Shown: positions 16,397 to 26,644 of the stretch, piece by piece | Numbering within the stretch: position 1 is the stretch's first letter | Layout: every line of letters begins with the position of its first letter | Source: Escherichia phage Pollock | Sequence record: NC_027381.1 | Strand: one strand, 5' to 3' | Length of the DNA: 64,000 nt | Program-made: the position numbers and the translations under genes | Notes under the pieces: generated by a model | Told to the model about the DNA's origin: nothing | Database searches by the model: none | The model's input: the letters and a program-made list of their open reading frames with translations, nothing else

Positions 16397-18323
16397 ACAA
16401 AATCAAAGATATCCAATCGCCATTCTTATTAAACCTCAACAACTAAAGAAGAAAGAGATATTAGAAGCTTATATCAATCCTACTGGAATCAAGCCAAATC
16501 AATTTATTGCATTTGACCTTGAGTACAATGGGAAAAAAGCTCCTGTATCTATGCAGAAAGACTATCTTAAAGTCTTACTACCAGAGCTTTGTAATTTAAG
16601 AACAGAATATATTCTGTGCTGTGATAGTGCATATTTCAAAACCTTAACCAAGCAATCTAAAGCAGAACCTCATTGTGGTTATGTATTGCCTTGTGTCATT
16701 CCTGGTTTTGAACATCTAAATATTATTTTCTGTCCTAATTATGCTCAGATTTTCTATGACCCTTCTGTACAGGATAAAGTTAATCTGGCTCTCAAAGTTC
16801 TAGTAGATAAGGTAAATGGTCAATACCAAGAGATTGGTAAGAACATTATCCATACTGCTTACTATCCTTCTACAGTTGAAGAAATTGAAGCTTGGCTTGA
16901 ATCTCTACATCAATATCCAATTCTAGCTTCAGATATAGAGGCATTTAGTCTTAAATTCTATAAAGCAGGTGTAGGTACTATTGGATTTGCATGGGACCAA
17001 CACAATGGAGGAGCATTCGCTGTTGATTATACGAATGAACCAGACAAGGCTGAAAGAATTAGGCAGGCTCTTAAGAAGTTTTTTGAAACTTATGAAGGCA
17101 AACTGATTTGGCATAACTCAAGTTATGACTTAACAGTGCTTATTTACCAGCTTTGGATGAATGGTTTAGTAGACCAAAAAGGATTGCTTAAGGGTTTGCA
17201 CATCATGTGTCGTAATTTTCACGATACTAAGATTGTGACATATCTGGCTACAAACTCTTGTGCAGGTAATGAGTTAGGGCTAAAAGCTCAAGCTCATGAA
17301 TTTGCAGGAAACTATGCACAAGAAGATATTGATGATATTACTAAAATCCCATTACCAGACCTTCTGGAGTACAACTTAATTGACTGTCTAAGTACTTGGT
17401 ATGTTGCAGACAAACATGCAGATACTATGGTATTGGATGAACAATGGGAAATTTATAATACTCTGATGTTACCTTCGCTGAAGAATATTATTCAGATGCA
17501 ATTAACTGGTATGCCTATTGATATGGCAGAGGTTAAGAAGGTTAAAGCAGAAATGATTAAAGAGCGAGATGGTTATCTTAGAGCCATCAAGTCATTTGCA
17601 GTAGTAGATTTGTTAGTTAACAACCTACGTAAACAACATGTTGCTACTAGAAATGCTACGCTCAAAACCAAGCAAATTACAATGTCTGATGAGGAGACAT
17701 TAGCAATAGAGTTTAATCCAAACTCTAACCCTCAAATGCAGGAACTTTTGTATGAAATTATGGGATTACCTGTAATTGATTTAACTGATTCTAAGCAGCC
17801 TGCTACTGGTGCAGATACTCTAGAAAAGTTAATTCATCATACAGATGATGATAGACAGAAAAAGATTCTTGAATGCCTTATTAAATATTCTAAGGTAGAA
17901 AAAATTCTTTCTGCATTTATACCTGCATTCGAAGAAGCACCTTTAGCTGAAGATGGTACTCATTATTTATTCGGAAGCTATAACTTAGGTGGTACTGTAT
18001 CTGGTCGTTTGAGTTCATCAAAACCAAACATGCAACAAATTCCTTCCTCTAAGAGTCCTTACGCCAAACCTATAAAACGATGTTTTAAAGCTGGTAAAGG
18101 TTGGCTTCTTATTGGATTAGATTTTGCATCTCTTGAAGACCGTATTTCTGCTCTAACAACCAAAGACCCTAATAAATTGAAAGTGTATATGGGGGTGAAT
18201 GTTTATACGGTTACTATAGAGGGGGTTGACCATCATATTCGAGATGACGATACAATCATTTATGATGGTAAAACTTACACTGGTGAAGAGTTCTATGATG
18301 CTTTTACCTGTGGCCTTCTATGA
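16377..18323 (+). CDS. family A DNA polymerase, N-terminal polypeptide (3'-5' exonuclease + pol motif A)
   Basis: 648 aa; exo motifs ASDIEAFSL, YNLIDC; SGRLSSSKPNMQQIP; motif A LDFASLEDRI; homology ends near KVYMG (~18194) then reads ~43 codons into the inserted HNH element. Confidence 0.8.
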   Translation: MRHIIFEQNQRYPIAILIKPQQLKKKEILEAYINPTGIKPNQFIAFDLEYNGKKAPVSMQKDYLKVLLPELCNLRTEYILCCDSAYFKTLTKQSKAEPHCGYVLPCVIPGFEHLNIIFCPNYAQIFYDPSVQDKVNLALKVLVDKVNGQYQEIGKNIIHTAYYPSTVEEIEAWLESLHQYPILASDIEAFSLKFYKAGVGTIGFAWDQHNGGAFAVDYTNEPDKAERIRQALKKFFETYEGKLIWHNSSYDLTVLIYQLWMNGLVDQKGLLKGLHIMCRNFHDTKIVTYLATNSCAGNELGLKAQAHEFAGNYAQEDIDDITKIPLPDLLEYNLIDCLSTWYVADKHADTMVLDEQWEIYNTLMLPSLKNIIQMQLTGMPIDMAEVKKVKAEMIKERDGYLRAIKSFAVVDLLVNNLRKQHVATRNATLKTKQITMSDEETLAIEFNPNSNPQMQELLYEIMGLPVIDLTDSKQPATGADTLEKLIHHTDDDRQKKILECLIKYSKVEKILSAFIPAFEEAPLAEDGTHYLFGSYNLGGTVSGRLSSSKPNMQQIPSSKSPYAKPIKRCFKAGKGWLLIGLDFASLEDRISALTTKDPNKLKVYMGVNVYTVTIEGVDHHIRDDDTIIYDGKTYTGEEFYDAFTCGLL

Positions 18324-18840
18324 ACAACGGTATAAGATTTTTGATGAAGGTTTCATCTTAAATCTTGCAAACAATCAACTCCTAAAACCAATTCTCAATT
18401 CTAATGGATACCTTAAAGTTGGATTAGCTAATGGTGATGGTACTCATCATCAAGAGCTACTTCATATTCTGGTAGCTAAACACTTCATTCTAAATCCTTA
18501 TGGCTACAAACAGGTAAACCATAAAGATGGTAATAAACTGCATTGCCATAAGGACAATCTGGAATTGTGTTCTGCTACTCAGAACGTCAAACATGCATTT
18601 AAAACAGGACTACGCCCCGGTTATATGTCTGCTGATGATAAAGAGAAATATCTCTTTGAGGTACTAGCAGGCAAGCAAGTTAAGGACATTGCTTTTGAAA
18701 TAGGCAGACGTCCTGAAACTCTGCACAAGATGCTTAGAATCACTGCTGACCGACTTGGTATCCGAAATGAATGGGACGATGTTATGAGGAGAAATAGAAA
18801 AGATGTTGCTTTACGACAGCTTGCCAAAATCAACTCATGA
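18226..18840 (+). CDS. HNH homing endonuclease inserted within the DNA polymerase gene
   Basis: 204 aa; HNH core VNHKDGNKLHCHKDNLELCSATQNVKH; different frame from both polymerase parts; true start may be an internal Met (~18295). Confidence 0.7.
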   Translation: MTIIFEMTIQSFMMVKLTLVKSSMMLLPVAFYEQRYKIFDEGFILNLANNQLLKPILNSNGYLKVGLANGDGTHHQELLHILVAKHFILNPYGYKQVNHKDGNKLHCHKDNLELCSATQNVKHAFKTGLRPGYMSADDKEKYLFEVLAGKQVKDIAFEIGRRPETLHKMLRITADRLGIRNEWDDVMRRNRKDVALRQLAKINS

Positions 18841-19663
18841 CTTCACTGGCAAGAAAATTGACAACGTAGTCAAGGCTGGTAATTCGTCAGGGTATGATGG
18901 TCATAGTTTGAGGGCATTTGCTTACTTTGGCGACCAGATGCCTGATATTGTAGATACTGTGGAAAGTATCAATAGTATTCAGGAATTATATAAGGACTTT
19001 AGACAAGACTCTAAAGCTCCTACTTTTGCATTAACTTATCAAGGTACTTATCACACATTAATGGCTAACTGTGGTTTCCCAGAGGATAAAGCCAAAATGG
19101 TTGAGAAGAGGTATCACGAACTCTACTTCGTATCTGACCAATGGGTAAACGCTAAATTAACTCAAGCCAGTAAAGATGGATATATCACTGCTGCATTTGG
19201 ATTAAGAATCCGTACTCCATTACTTAAAAATGTTGTCTGGGGAATTAAACAAACTCCTTATGAAGCTAAAGCTGAAGGCAGAACTGCTGGAAATGCTTTA
19301 GGTCAATCATGGTGTTTATTAAATAACAGGGCAGCAAATGAATTTATGGAACGAGTATGGAATTCTCCATACGCATATGTAATTAAACCATGTGCTCAAA
19401 TCCATGATGCTCAATATTATCTGGTTCCAGATAACATCGACATTGTTCATTGGGTTAATGAAAATTTAGTCGAATGTATTGAGTGGCAAAACCATCCTGA
19501 TATTTATCACGATAAAGTGAAATTAGGAGGGGAATTAAGCGTCTTTTATCCATCATGGGCTAATGATATTTCATTGAAAAATGGAGCCTCTAAAGAGGAA
19601 ATCTTAAGCACATGTGAAATTGGATTAGATAAGTATCTTTACCCGGAGAAATATAAAAAATGA
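18803..19663 (+). CDS. family A DNA polymerase, C-terminal polypeptide (motifs B and C)
   Basis: 286 aa; YDGHSLRAFAYFGD (cf. Pol I DIHRATAAEVFG), motif B-like RQDSKAPTFALTYQGTY, motif C QIHDAQYY; own ATG overlapping the HNH ORF 3' end. Confidence 0.8.
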   Translation: MLLYDSLPKSTHDFTGKKIDNVVKAGNSSGYDGHSLRAFAYFGDQMPDIVDTVESINSIQELYKDFRQDSKAPTFALTYQGTYHTLMANCGFPEDKAKMVEKRYHELYFVSDQWVNAKLTQASKDGYITAAFGLRIRTPLLKNVVWGIKQTPYEAKAEGRTAGNALGQSWCLLNNRAANEFMERVWNSPYAYVIKPCAQIHDAQYYLVPDNIDIVHWVNENLVECIEWQNHPDIYHDKVKLGGELSVFYPSWANDISLKNGASKEEILSTCEIGLDKYLYPEKYKK

Positions 19664-20037
19664 ATATCTTACAGTCACCTATTGATAATGCTCCTGCAAT
19701 TTTACAGGAAGCAAGTCGTTGTATTGCTGCCAGAGCACATGAACGAGATAAAGAATCTGAACGTTCAATGTCTCGTTGTGTAGCGGCTTTTAATGCCATG
19801 TATGATTTAAATTTAACAGAAGAACAAGGTTGGATGTTCATGGTTTTTTTGAAAGCTGCTAGAGCATCAGGAGGTGCATTTAAACTTGATGATTATGTTG
19901 ATGGTTCTGCTTACTTTGCATTAGCTGGTGAAGCTGCTATCCCACATCCTCAAATGAAATTATCTCTATCTACCTCAGAATTAGTTAAAAAACATATGGA
20001 ACATTTTGGTATTCCAGCAAGTAAGGAACAAATTTAA
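19660..20037 (+). CDS. hypothetical protein
   Basis: 125-aa ORF. Confidence 0.4.
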   Translation: MNILQSPIDNAPAILQEASRCIAARAHERDKESERSMSRCVAAFNAMYDLNLTEEQGWMFMVFLKAARASGGAFKLDDYVDGSAYFALAGEAAIPHPQMKLSLSTSELVKKHMEHFGIPASKEQI

Positions 20038-20669
20038 TGCAAGTTAAATTAATTACTGTAACTCCTGATGCAGAAAAAATCATTGGTTATATTGCTCGTG
20101 TATCCAATCCAGATAACCAAGATAATCCATCTGTAGCTGGTTTACTTCGTTACTGTATTAAACATGCTCATTGGAGTGTGTTTGAACAAGCAGACATGAC
20201 TCTTGAGATTGAAACTACTCGTGCTATTTCTGCACAAATTATTCGTCATCGTAGTTTTACTTTCCAAGAATTTAGTCAGCGATATGCAGAAGTTAAACAA
20301 ATTCCTGCTGTTTTTGATTTACGTTCTCAGGATGAAAAGAATCGTCAAAATTCTATCGACAATATTCCTGCCGATTTAAAAGCTGACCTTCAAACCAAGA
20401 TTCAAACTCACATTGTAGAAACTCAACGTTTGTATGAAGAGTTATTGGCTCAAGGTGTAGCTAAAGAATGTGCTCGTATGATTCTGCCAATGTGTACTCC
20501 AACTAAGATTTACATGAAAGGTAATATTCGTAGCTGGATTACATATATTCAATTACGTAGTGCAAATGGTACTCAGAAAGAACATATGGAAATTGCTTTA
20601 GCTGCTAAAGAAATTTTCAAAACACAATTCCCAATTATCTCTGAAGCCCTAGGATGGGATAAGGATTAA
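20037..20669 (+). CDS. thyX: flavin-dependent thymidylate synthase (ThyX)
   Basis: 210 aa; ThyX signature RHR-x7-S (IIRHRSFTFQEFSQRY). Confidence 0.8.
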   Translation: MQVKLITVTPDAEKIIGYIARVSNPDNQDNPSVAGLLRYCIKHAHWSVFEQADMTLEIETTRAISAQIIRHRSFTFQEFSQRYAEVKQIPAVFDLRSQDEKNRQNSIDNIPADLKADLQTKIQTHIVETQRLYEELLAQGVAKECARMILPMCTPTKIYMKGNIRSWITYIQLRSANGTQKEHMEIALAAKEIFKTQFPIISEALGWDKD

Positions 20670-20672
20670 TTT

Positions 20673-21305
20673 ATGTCTGTACGCTTAACTAATGCTGCTC
20701 GTGATGAAATTATAAAAGCTGCCCTAGATAAATCTGGTTTTCCTGAACGTCTCAAAGAAGCCCGAGATGAAGTAGAAAAAGTTAAAATGGAATGTCTGAT
20801 TGCATCTTTTGGTGGGTTAAAAGCATATCGTCGTATTTGCGATAAATTTAAAACTATTGAAGATAAAATTGATGCTCTCTCTAAAGAAGGAATCTTAGTT
20901 AAATCTTCTCGTGATTACAGTACTTGGAATGCAGATAAAATGAATTTGGGGGGTATGAATGTGTACTATCCAAATCATTCTGCATTAAGTGGTGAGTTTG
21001 AAGATTTGATGATAATCCATTTAAGTAATGGAGTAAAACCAACTTTACCTGCTGATAATTCTTTGGTTCAAAAATTTCTTGATGCAGAAGCAAAAGTAAA
21101 AGAACTGGATTCTAGTATTAAAACTATTAGAGAAAACGTAAGAGCAGTAGTTTATTCAGTAACTACTGTTAAACGTTTAATTGAAGTATGGCCTGAATCT
21201 GCGGAATTAATCCCAAAGGAAGTTGAAGTAGTCCGTGCAGGACTACCAGCAATTAATTTCGAAAGTCTTAATGCTGCTATCGGTATTCCCTCTAAAAAGG
21301 CTTAA
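20673..21305 (+). CDS. hypothetical protein
   Basis: 210-aa ORF. Confidence 0.4.
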   Translation: MSVRLTNAARDEIIKAALDKSGFPERLKEARDEVEKVKMECLIASFGGLKAYRRICDKFKTIEDKIDALSKEGILVKSSRDYSTWNADKMNLGGMNVYYPNHSALSGEFEDLMIIHLSNGVKPTLPADNSLVQKFLDAEAKVKELDSSIKTIRENVRAVVYSVTTVKRLIEVWPESAELIPKEVEVVRAGLPAINFESLNAAIGIPSKKA

Positions 21306-21307
21306 TC

Positions 21308-22294
21308 ATGAAGTTAACCAATAACACTAACATCGCATTGTCGATGGCAGTATGGTTAGCTCAAGATGATTATGACTATATTGAAAAACCTAACTACATC
21401 TCTGCTACCAGTCTATTAAAGAGTGTTCGACAGTTAGTTCTAATGAAACGTCTTACAAGCGTTTCTAACGCATCAACTGATGTAGCTGACCGAATCTCTA
21501 ATCGTATGGGTTCTGCCTTTCATGATGCGATTGAAAGAGCGTGGAAGGGTAATTATCAACAGTCTCTTAATGCTCTTGGTTATCCAAAAAGGGTTATTGA
21601 ATCAATTCGTATTAACCCAACTCCTGAAGAGTTAAATGAAGATGTAATTCCTATTTGGTTAGAACAGCGGGTTGAAAAGGAATTCAAAGGATGGATTATC
21701 GGAGGAAAGTTCGACATGGTTATGGAATATCGCTTAAGAGATGTTAAGTCTACTAGCGTATTCACATACATGAACAAATCCAATGATGAAAAATTCCGTA
21801 TACAAGGAAGTATTTATCGTTGGCTCAATCCAGAAAAAATCAAACATGATTACATGTACATAGATTATCTCTTTACTGATTGGTCAGCTAATCAAGCCAA
21901 AAGTAATAAGGATTACCCACAGCAGAAGATTTTAGAATACCCCTTACAGTTGAAATCAGTACATGAAACGGAGCAGTATATTGCCTCCAAACTTGCTGCT
22001 TTGGAGAAGTATAAAGACTCTCCTGAACCAGAGTTACCTGAATGTACAGAAGAAGAGTTATGGCGTGCTAAACCAGTTTATAAGTACTACAAAAATCCTA
22101 ATTCAACGGGACGTAGTACAAAGAACTTTGACAACCTGCACGATGCCAATTTGAGATTAGCTCAGGATGGTGGAGTAGGAATTGTTGTTACAGTTCCGGG
22201 TGAAGTTAAAGCTTGTAAACACTGTCCTGTCTATTCTCTTTGTACACAAAAAGATAGGTATCTGGCATCAGGAGAACTTGTCATTTCAGATTGA
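21308..22294 (+). CDS. PD-(D/E)XK-type nuclease with C-terminal Cys cluster (Cas4/RecB-like exonuclease)
   Basis: 328 aa; GKFDMVMEYRLRDVK (D...E...DxK-like); C-terminal four-Cys cluster PECTEEE ... CKHCPVYSLC. Confidence 0.45.
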   Translation: MKLTNNTNIALSMAVWLAQDDYDYIEKPNYISATSLLKSVRQLVLMKRLTSVSNASTDVADRISNRMGSAFHDAIERAWKGNYQQSLNALGYPKRVIESIRINPTPEELNEDVIPIWLEQRVEKEFKGWIIGGKFDMVMEYRLRDVKSTSVFTYMNKSNDEKFRIQGSIYRWLNPEKIKHDYMYIDYLFTDWSANQAKSNKDYPQQKILEYPLQLKSVHETEQYIASKLAALEKYKDSPEPELPECTEEELWRAKPVYKYYKNPNSTGRSTKNFDNLHDANLRLAQDGGVGIVVTVPGEVKACKHCPVYSLCTQKDRYLASGELVISD

Positions 22295-24465
22295 GGAATC
22301 CAATGTTTGACCTATCATCAGCCACATACCATCCAATCTCAGAAGAGATTGTAGATGTGCTATGTAAAAAAACCCTTAATAGTAATCGCTTGTTCTTTAG
22401 AGTTCAGGTTAGTTACTTTCTGGCTAAGATGGCATCCAGTATGCGTTGTACTCTGGATACATTAGACAGAGGAAAGATTCCTGTTAATGTTTATGCCCTT
22501 AACTTAGCTCCATCAGGTTCAGGTAAAGGGCATTCCACTAATATCATTGAAGGTCAGTTCCTGAATCAATTTAAGGGTACTTTCCTTCAGGATACATTTC
22601 CATATATAGCTAAACAGAATCTTATAGATGTAGCTGCTAAAAGAGCAGGTAAAAATGGTACAGACCCAGCAGATGAACTTGTTAAGGTAGAAAAGGAATT
22701 TGCTAGTACGGGTGCTTTAGCATTTTCGTTTGATAGTGGTACTGTTCCTGCCCTTAAACAATTACGTCATAAGTTACTTTTAGCAGGAATTGGTGCTGCA
22801 TCTTTTGAATGTGATGAGTTAGGTAAAAACTTAATTGCAAACATGGATTTGTTAACAGCTTTTTTAGAGTTGTATGACCAAGGACTTATCAAACAAAAGT
22901 TAACCAAAAATACAGCAGACTCTCAACGAATGGAGGAATTAGAGGGGAAAACCCCAACTAATATGCTTCTGTTTGGTACTCCAAATAGTTTGCTGAATGG
23001 TGGTAAAGAAGAAGATGAATTCTATGCATTGTTAATAGCAGGCTATGCAAGACGTTGTTTATTTGGATATTCTCGTAAAGAGGATTTTCAAAAAGACATG
23101 TCTCCTGAAGAAGTCTTCGATATGCTTACCGATTCTACGTCTAATGCTACTGTAGCTAGACTATCTCAGCATTTTGGTATGTTGGCTGATGTAGCCAAAT
23201 ATAACCAACATATAGCAGTTAACAGAGATGTAAGTATTAAACTTATTGCTTATAAACTTCACTGCGAACAAATAGCTGATAAGCTTCCTGACCATGAAGA
23301 AATTCGTAAAGCTGAATTACGACACCGTTATTTCAAAGCATTGAAGTTAGCAGGCGTATATGCATTTGTAGATGAAACTCCAGAAGTAACTGAAACTCAA
23401 TTACTATCTGCAATTAAATTAGTTGAAGAGTCTGGTGAAGCTTTTAATAAAATTCTCAGTCGTGAGAAGAATTATGTGAAGCTTGCTAATTATATTGCAG
23501 AAATAGGAAAAGAAGTTACTCATGTAGATTTGGTAGAAGACTTACCATTCTATAAAGGGAGTAATGCACAGAAGCAAGAGCTTATGAATTTGGCTATTGC
23601 TTATGGGTATAAGCATCACATTATTATTAAGAAAACATATATTGATGGTATTGAGTTCTTTAAAGGTGAAGCTCTTAAACCAACTGACCTCAATAAACTT
23701 ATTGTTTCTTATAGTAATCATATAGCCTATAACTATCTCTCAGAGACGATATCCTTTAGTAACCTAGAATCCTTATGCAAGATGGAAGACATGCATTGGA
23801 TTAATCATGCATTGGTTAAAGGTGCTAGTGGGGATGGTCACAGAGAAGGTGGAAATATCATTCCTGGTTTTAATGTTATCGTCATTGATGTTGATGGAGG
23901 AACATCTCTGGATGAAGTTAGAGTATTGATGAAAGACTATACGTATATCATCCATACTACTAAACGGCATCAAACAGAAGGATATGGCGATAGATTCAGA
24001 TTAATTATACCTATCAACTATCATCTAAAATTAGATGAGAATGAATTCAAAGAATTTATGTCAAATATCTTTGAATGGCTTCCATTTAAAGTAGATGAAC
24101 AGACTAGTCAACGTGCTCGTAAATGGGCAACACATCCGGGTATTTCATTTTCTAATGAAGGTGAAATCTTAGATGCTTTAGCTTTCATTCCAAAAACCAG
24201 TAAGAATGATGAGCTAAAGAAAACTATGGTTGATTTAGGTAATCTGGATAATCTTGAACGTTGGTTTGCTCAACGTATGGGCAACGGAAACCGAAACAAT
24301 CAACTGCTAAAATTTGCTATGATGCTTGCAGATACTGGTATGAATTATCAAGATATTCTGCATAAGGTAATTGATTTCAATTCTAAATTGAGTAATAGCC
24401 TTCCAGAGATTGAAATCCATAACACTATCATGCGTAGCGTCAGCAAAAAGTTATCAGAAAAATAA
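22291..24465 (+). CDS. large replication-associated protein (possible primase; function uncertain)
   Basis: 724 aa; P-loop-like APSGSGKGHS near N-terminus; acidic NVIVIDVDGG motif in C-terminal half; location between nuclease and ATPase/SSB-like genes. Confidence 0.35.
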   Translation: MRNPMFDLSSATYHPISEEIVDVLCKKTLNSNRLFFRVQVSYFLAKMASSMRCTLDTLDRGKIPVNVYALNLAPSGSGKGHSTNIIEGQFLNQFKGTFLQDTFPYIAKQNLIDVAAKRAGKNGTDPADELVKVEKEFASTGALAFSFDSGTVPALKQLRHKLLLAGIGAASFECDELGKNLIANMDLLTAFLELYDQGLIKQKLTKNTADSQRMEELEGKTPTNMLLFGTPNSLLNGGKEEDEFYALLIAGYARRCLFGYSRKEDFQKDMSPEEVFDMLTDSTSNATVARLSQHFGMLADVAKYNQHIAVNRDVSIKLIAYKLHCEQIADKLPDHEEIRKAELRHRYFKALKLAGVYAFVDETPEVTETQLLSAIKLVEESGEAFNKILSREKNYVKLANYIAEIGKEVTHVDLVEDLPFYKGSNAQKQELMNLAIAYGYKHHIIIKKTYIDGIEFFKGEALKPTDLNKLIVSYSNHIAYNYLSETISFSNLESLCKMEDMHWINHALVKGASGDGHREGGNIIPGFNVIVIDVDGGTSLDEVRVLMKDYTYIIHTTKRHQTEGYGDRFRLIIPINYHLKLDENEFKEFMSNIFEWLPFKVDEQTSQRARKWATHPGISFSNEGEILDALAFIPKTSKNDELKKTMVDLGNLDNLERWFAQRMGNGNRNNQLLKFAMMLADTGMNYQDILHKVIDFNSKLSNSLPEIEIHNTIMRSVSKKLSEK

Positions 24466-24490
24466 CCCCTTAATTGGGGTTTTCTTATTT
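24464..24490 (+). terminator. rho-independent terminator
   Basis: aacccc-ttaatt-ggggtt followed by ttcttattt. Confidence 0.5.
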
Positions 24491-24504
24491 AAGCAGGAGA
24501 TACA

Positions 24505-25233
24505 ATGTCAGAACCAATTAAAGATTTGGTATTGATTGCAGGTGCATCCTCTTCAGGTAAATCATCTTCATTGATGAATTTGCCAGACCATCCGGGAGTG
24601 ATGTATTTAAACTGTGAATCAGGTAAACGTCTGCCATTTCCAAACAAGTTTGATAAATATGTAATCACTGACCCACTTCAAGTATACGAAGCATTTGATG
24701 CTGCTGAACAGATGCCTCATATTCATACCATTGTTGTAGATTCACTTACATTCTTGATGGATATGTTTGAATCTCTTTATGTAGTTGGTTCTACCAATAC
24801 CATGAAGGGATGGGCAGATTATAACCAATATTTTAAAAACTTGATGCAGGATAAAGTAGCTAAGTCTACTAAACGTGTAATTTTCACTGCTCATACTCTA
24901 TCTCAATTAAATGAGAATGAGATGATTATTGAAACTAAAATTCCGATTAAAGGTGCTTTAAAGAACCAAGGAATTGAAGCGTATTTTACCTGCATTGTTT
25001 ATGCCAAGAAGATGCAGCTTAAGCATCTGAAACCATATGAAAATGACTTATTAGTCATTACTCCTGAAGAGGAAATTCTTGGCTATAAGCATGTATTTCA
25101 AACATGTATCACTAAAGATACTGTGCATGAACGTATTCGTTCTCCACGCTTTATGTGGAAGATGAATGAAAGTTTCATTGATAATGATGTAACTAAAGTA
25201 TTGGACCGTATTAAAGAATTCTACGAAGAGTAA
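24505..25233 (+). CDS. P-loop ATPase (RecA-like core; possible Sak4-type recombination ATPase)
   Basis: 242 aa; Walker A IAGASSSGKSS; Walker B-like IHTIVVDSLT. Confidence 0.4.
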   Translation: MSEPIKDLVLIAGASSSGKSSSLMNLPDHPGVMYLNCESGKRLPFPNKFDKYVITDPLQVYEAFDAAEQMPHIHTIVVDSLTFLMDMFESLYVVGSTNTMKGWADYNQYFKNLMQDKVAKSTKRVIFTAHTLSQLNENEMIIETKIPIKGALKNQGIEAYFTCIVYAKKMQLKHLKPYENDLLVITPEEEILGYKHVFQTCITKDTVHERIRSPRFMWKMNESFIDNDVTKVLDRIKEFYEE

Positions 25234-25242
25234 GGAATAAAT

Positions 25243-25983
25243 ATGTCTCTGTTAAAAAATCTGGAAACTAAAGCTGGTGTTGAAGGTGAAAAGGATACCC
25301 TAGGTGGAGGTGGTGTACTTGACTCTGGTCTGTATGACCTGATTGTAAAAGTAGCTTATATCTCTGCTTCTAGTGGTGGTGCTTTAGCTCTAAATACTAT
25401 CTTTGATTATGATGGTAAAGAAGTACGTCAGCAGTTCTGGATGACTTCTGGCAATGATAAAGGCAATAAGAACACCTATATCGGTAAAGATAATAAAGAA
25501 CATTATCTACCGGGTTTCTTAGCTGCTAATAGTTTGGCTCTTTTGACTGTTGGTAAAGAAATTAGCCAACTGGAATTGGAAGAGAAAACTATCAAGCTGT
25601 ATGACTATGAGGCTAAAGCTGAAGTACCTACTAAGGTACAGGTATTTGTTGAATTAACTGGTCAAAAAATTACTGCTGGTATTCAGAAACAGACCGTTGA
25701 TAAGAACATTGATTCTGGTCAGGTTGACGGTAATGGTAGAAAAATTTATGTAGCATCTGGTGAAACTCGTGATATTAACGAAGTAGTTAAATTCTTCCGT
25801 CACGATGATGGTTTGACTGTACCTGAAATTGAAGCTGGTAAAACTGAGGCTCAATTTAAAAATGATTGGGATGCTAAATTTACTGGTAAAACCATCAATA
25901 AAGCTAAAGGCTCTAAGGATGGTGTAACAGCAGGTGCTCCATCAGCAACAGCAAAACCAACTAAATCCCTATTTGCTAAATAA
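25243..25983 (+). CDS. abundant DNA-metabolism protein, candidate single-stranded DNA-binding protein
   Basis: 246 aa; highly biased codon usage; position just upstream of the late block; C-terminal tail KPTKSLFAK shared with ORF 26637..27068. Confidence 0.35.
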   Translation: MSLLKNLETKAGVEGEKDTLGGGGVLDSGLYDLIVKVAYISASSGGALALNTIFDYDGKEVRQQFWMTSGNDKGNKNTYIGKDNKEHYLPGFLAANSLALLTVGKEISQLELEEKTIKLYDYEAKAEVPTKVQVFVELTGQKITAGIQKQTVDKNIDSGQVDGNGRKIYVASGETRDINEVVKFFRHDDGLTVPEIEAGKTEAQFKNDWDAKFTGKTINKAKGSKDGVTAGAPSATAKPTKSLFAK

Positions 25984-25989
25984 AAAAGA

Positions 25990-26012
25990 AGCCCTCTACG
26001 GAGGGCTTTTTA
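25990..26012 (+). terminator. rho-independent terminator
   Basis: gccctc-tacg-gagggc followed by ttttt. Confidence 0.6.
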
Positions 26013-26024
26013 ATAGGTATTTTT

Positions 26025-26258
26025 ATGACAATCAAAGTAAGAATGTTCCAAAATGTCTCTGGTACAGCTTATCAGAAAGTGTCATATAAAATCATTCAAG
26101 GGATTATAGAAAATCCTAATGATAAAGAAATTGATGTTCTTCTTACTGGTTGGGAACATGCTAGTTCTAAATCAGTAATGAGAACTAAAATTTTACAACA
26201 ACTAGAGTGGTTTAAGTCTCAAGGGTACACTGTCATTTTTAATAATGAGAGACTTTAA
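26025..26258 (+). CDS. hypothetical protein
   Basis: 77-aa ORF. Confidence 0.35.
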   Translation: MTIKVRMFQNVSGTAYQKVSYKIIQGIIENPNDKEIDVLLTGWEHASSKSVMRTKILQQLEWFKSQGYTVIFNNERL

Positions 26259-26260
26259 TC

Positions 26261-26644
26261 ATGTATAAACTTATTGCCCCTCTTCGAGTACACAAATCTA
26301 AAAATAAGTTATTTAGTCTCAATTTGAATGCATACAGGAATGAGAATAGATTTGCTTTGGACAATGCCAAAGTTAATTTTAAAAAGGTTATGGAAGAACA
26401 AATTAGTGAGTTACCTGAGTTCACTAAAGTTCATATTACATATGTCTTTTATCCTGGAACCAAACATTTAAGTGATATTGGTAATGCGTGCTCGATAGTT
26501 GATAAGTTTTTTGCAGATGCTTTAGTTGAACTAGGGAAACTCCCAGATGACAATTATCTTTATATTCCTGAATTGGTTTTTCGGTTTGGGGCTGTAGACC
26601 AAAAAAATCCACGAGTAGAAATCTTTATTAAGGAAATTGAATAA
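26261..26644 (+). CDS. RusA-like Holliday junction resolvase (tentative)
   Basis: 127 aa; LSDIGNACSIVDKFFADALVELGKLPDDNYL resembles RusA D-x-D-N...D-A-L...DD pattern as recalled. Confidence 0.4.
   Translation: MYKLIAPLRVHKSKNKLFSLNLNAYRNENRFALDNAKVNFKKVMEEQISELPEFTKVHITYVFYPGTKHLSDIGNACSIVDKFFADALVELGKLPDDNYLYIPELVFRFGAVDQKNPRVEIFIKEIE

Noticed and set aside
18195-18892. Intein or group I intron as explanation for the DNA polymerase interruption
   Set aside because: Intein is excluded because the insert ORF is in a different frame from both polymerase parts. Intron is not excluded but disfavoured: only ~30 and ~50 nt flank the HNH ORF, no td-like core was seen, and both polymerase parts have their own stop and start codons.
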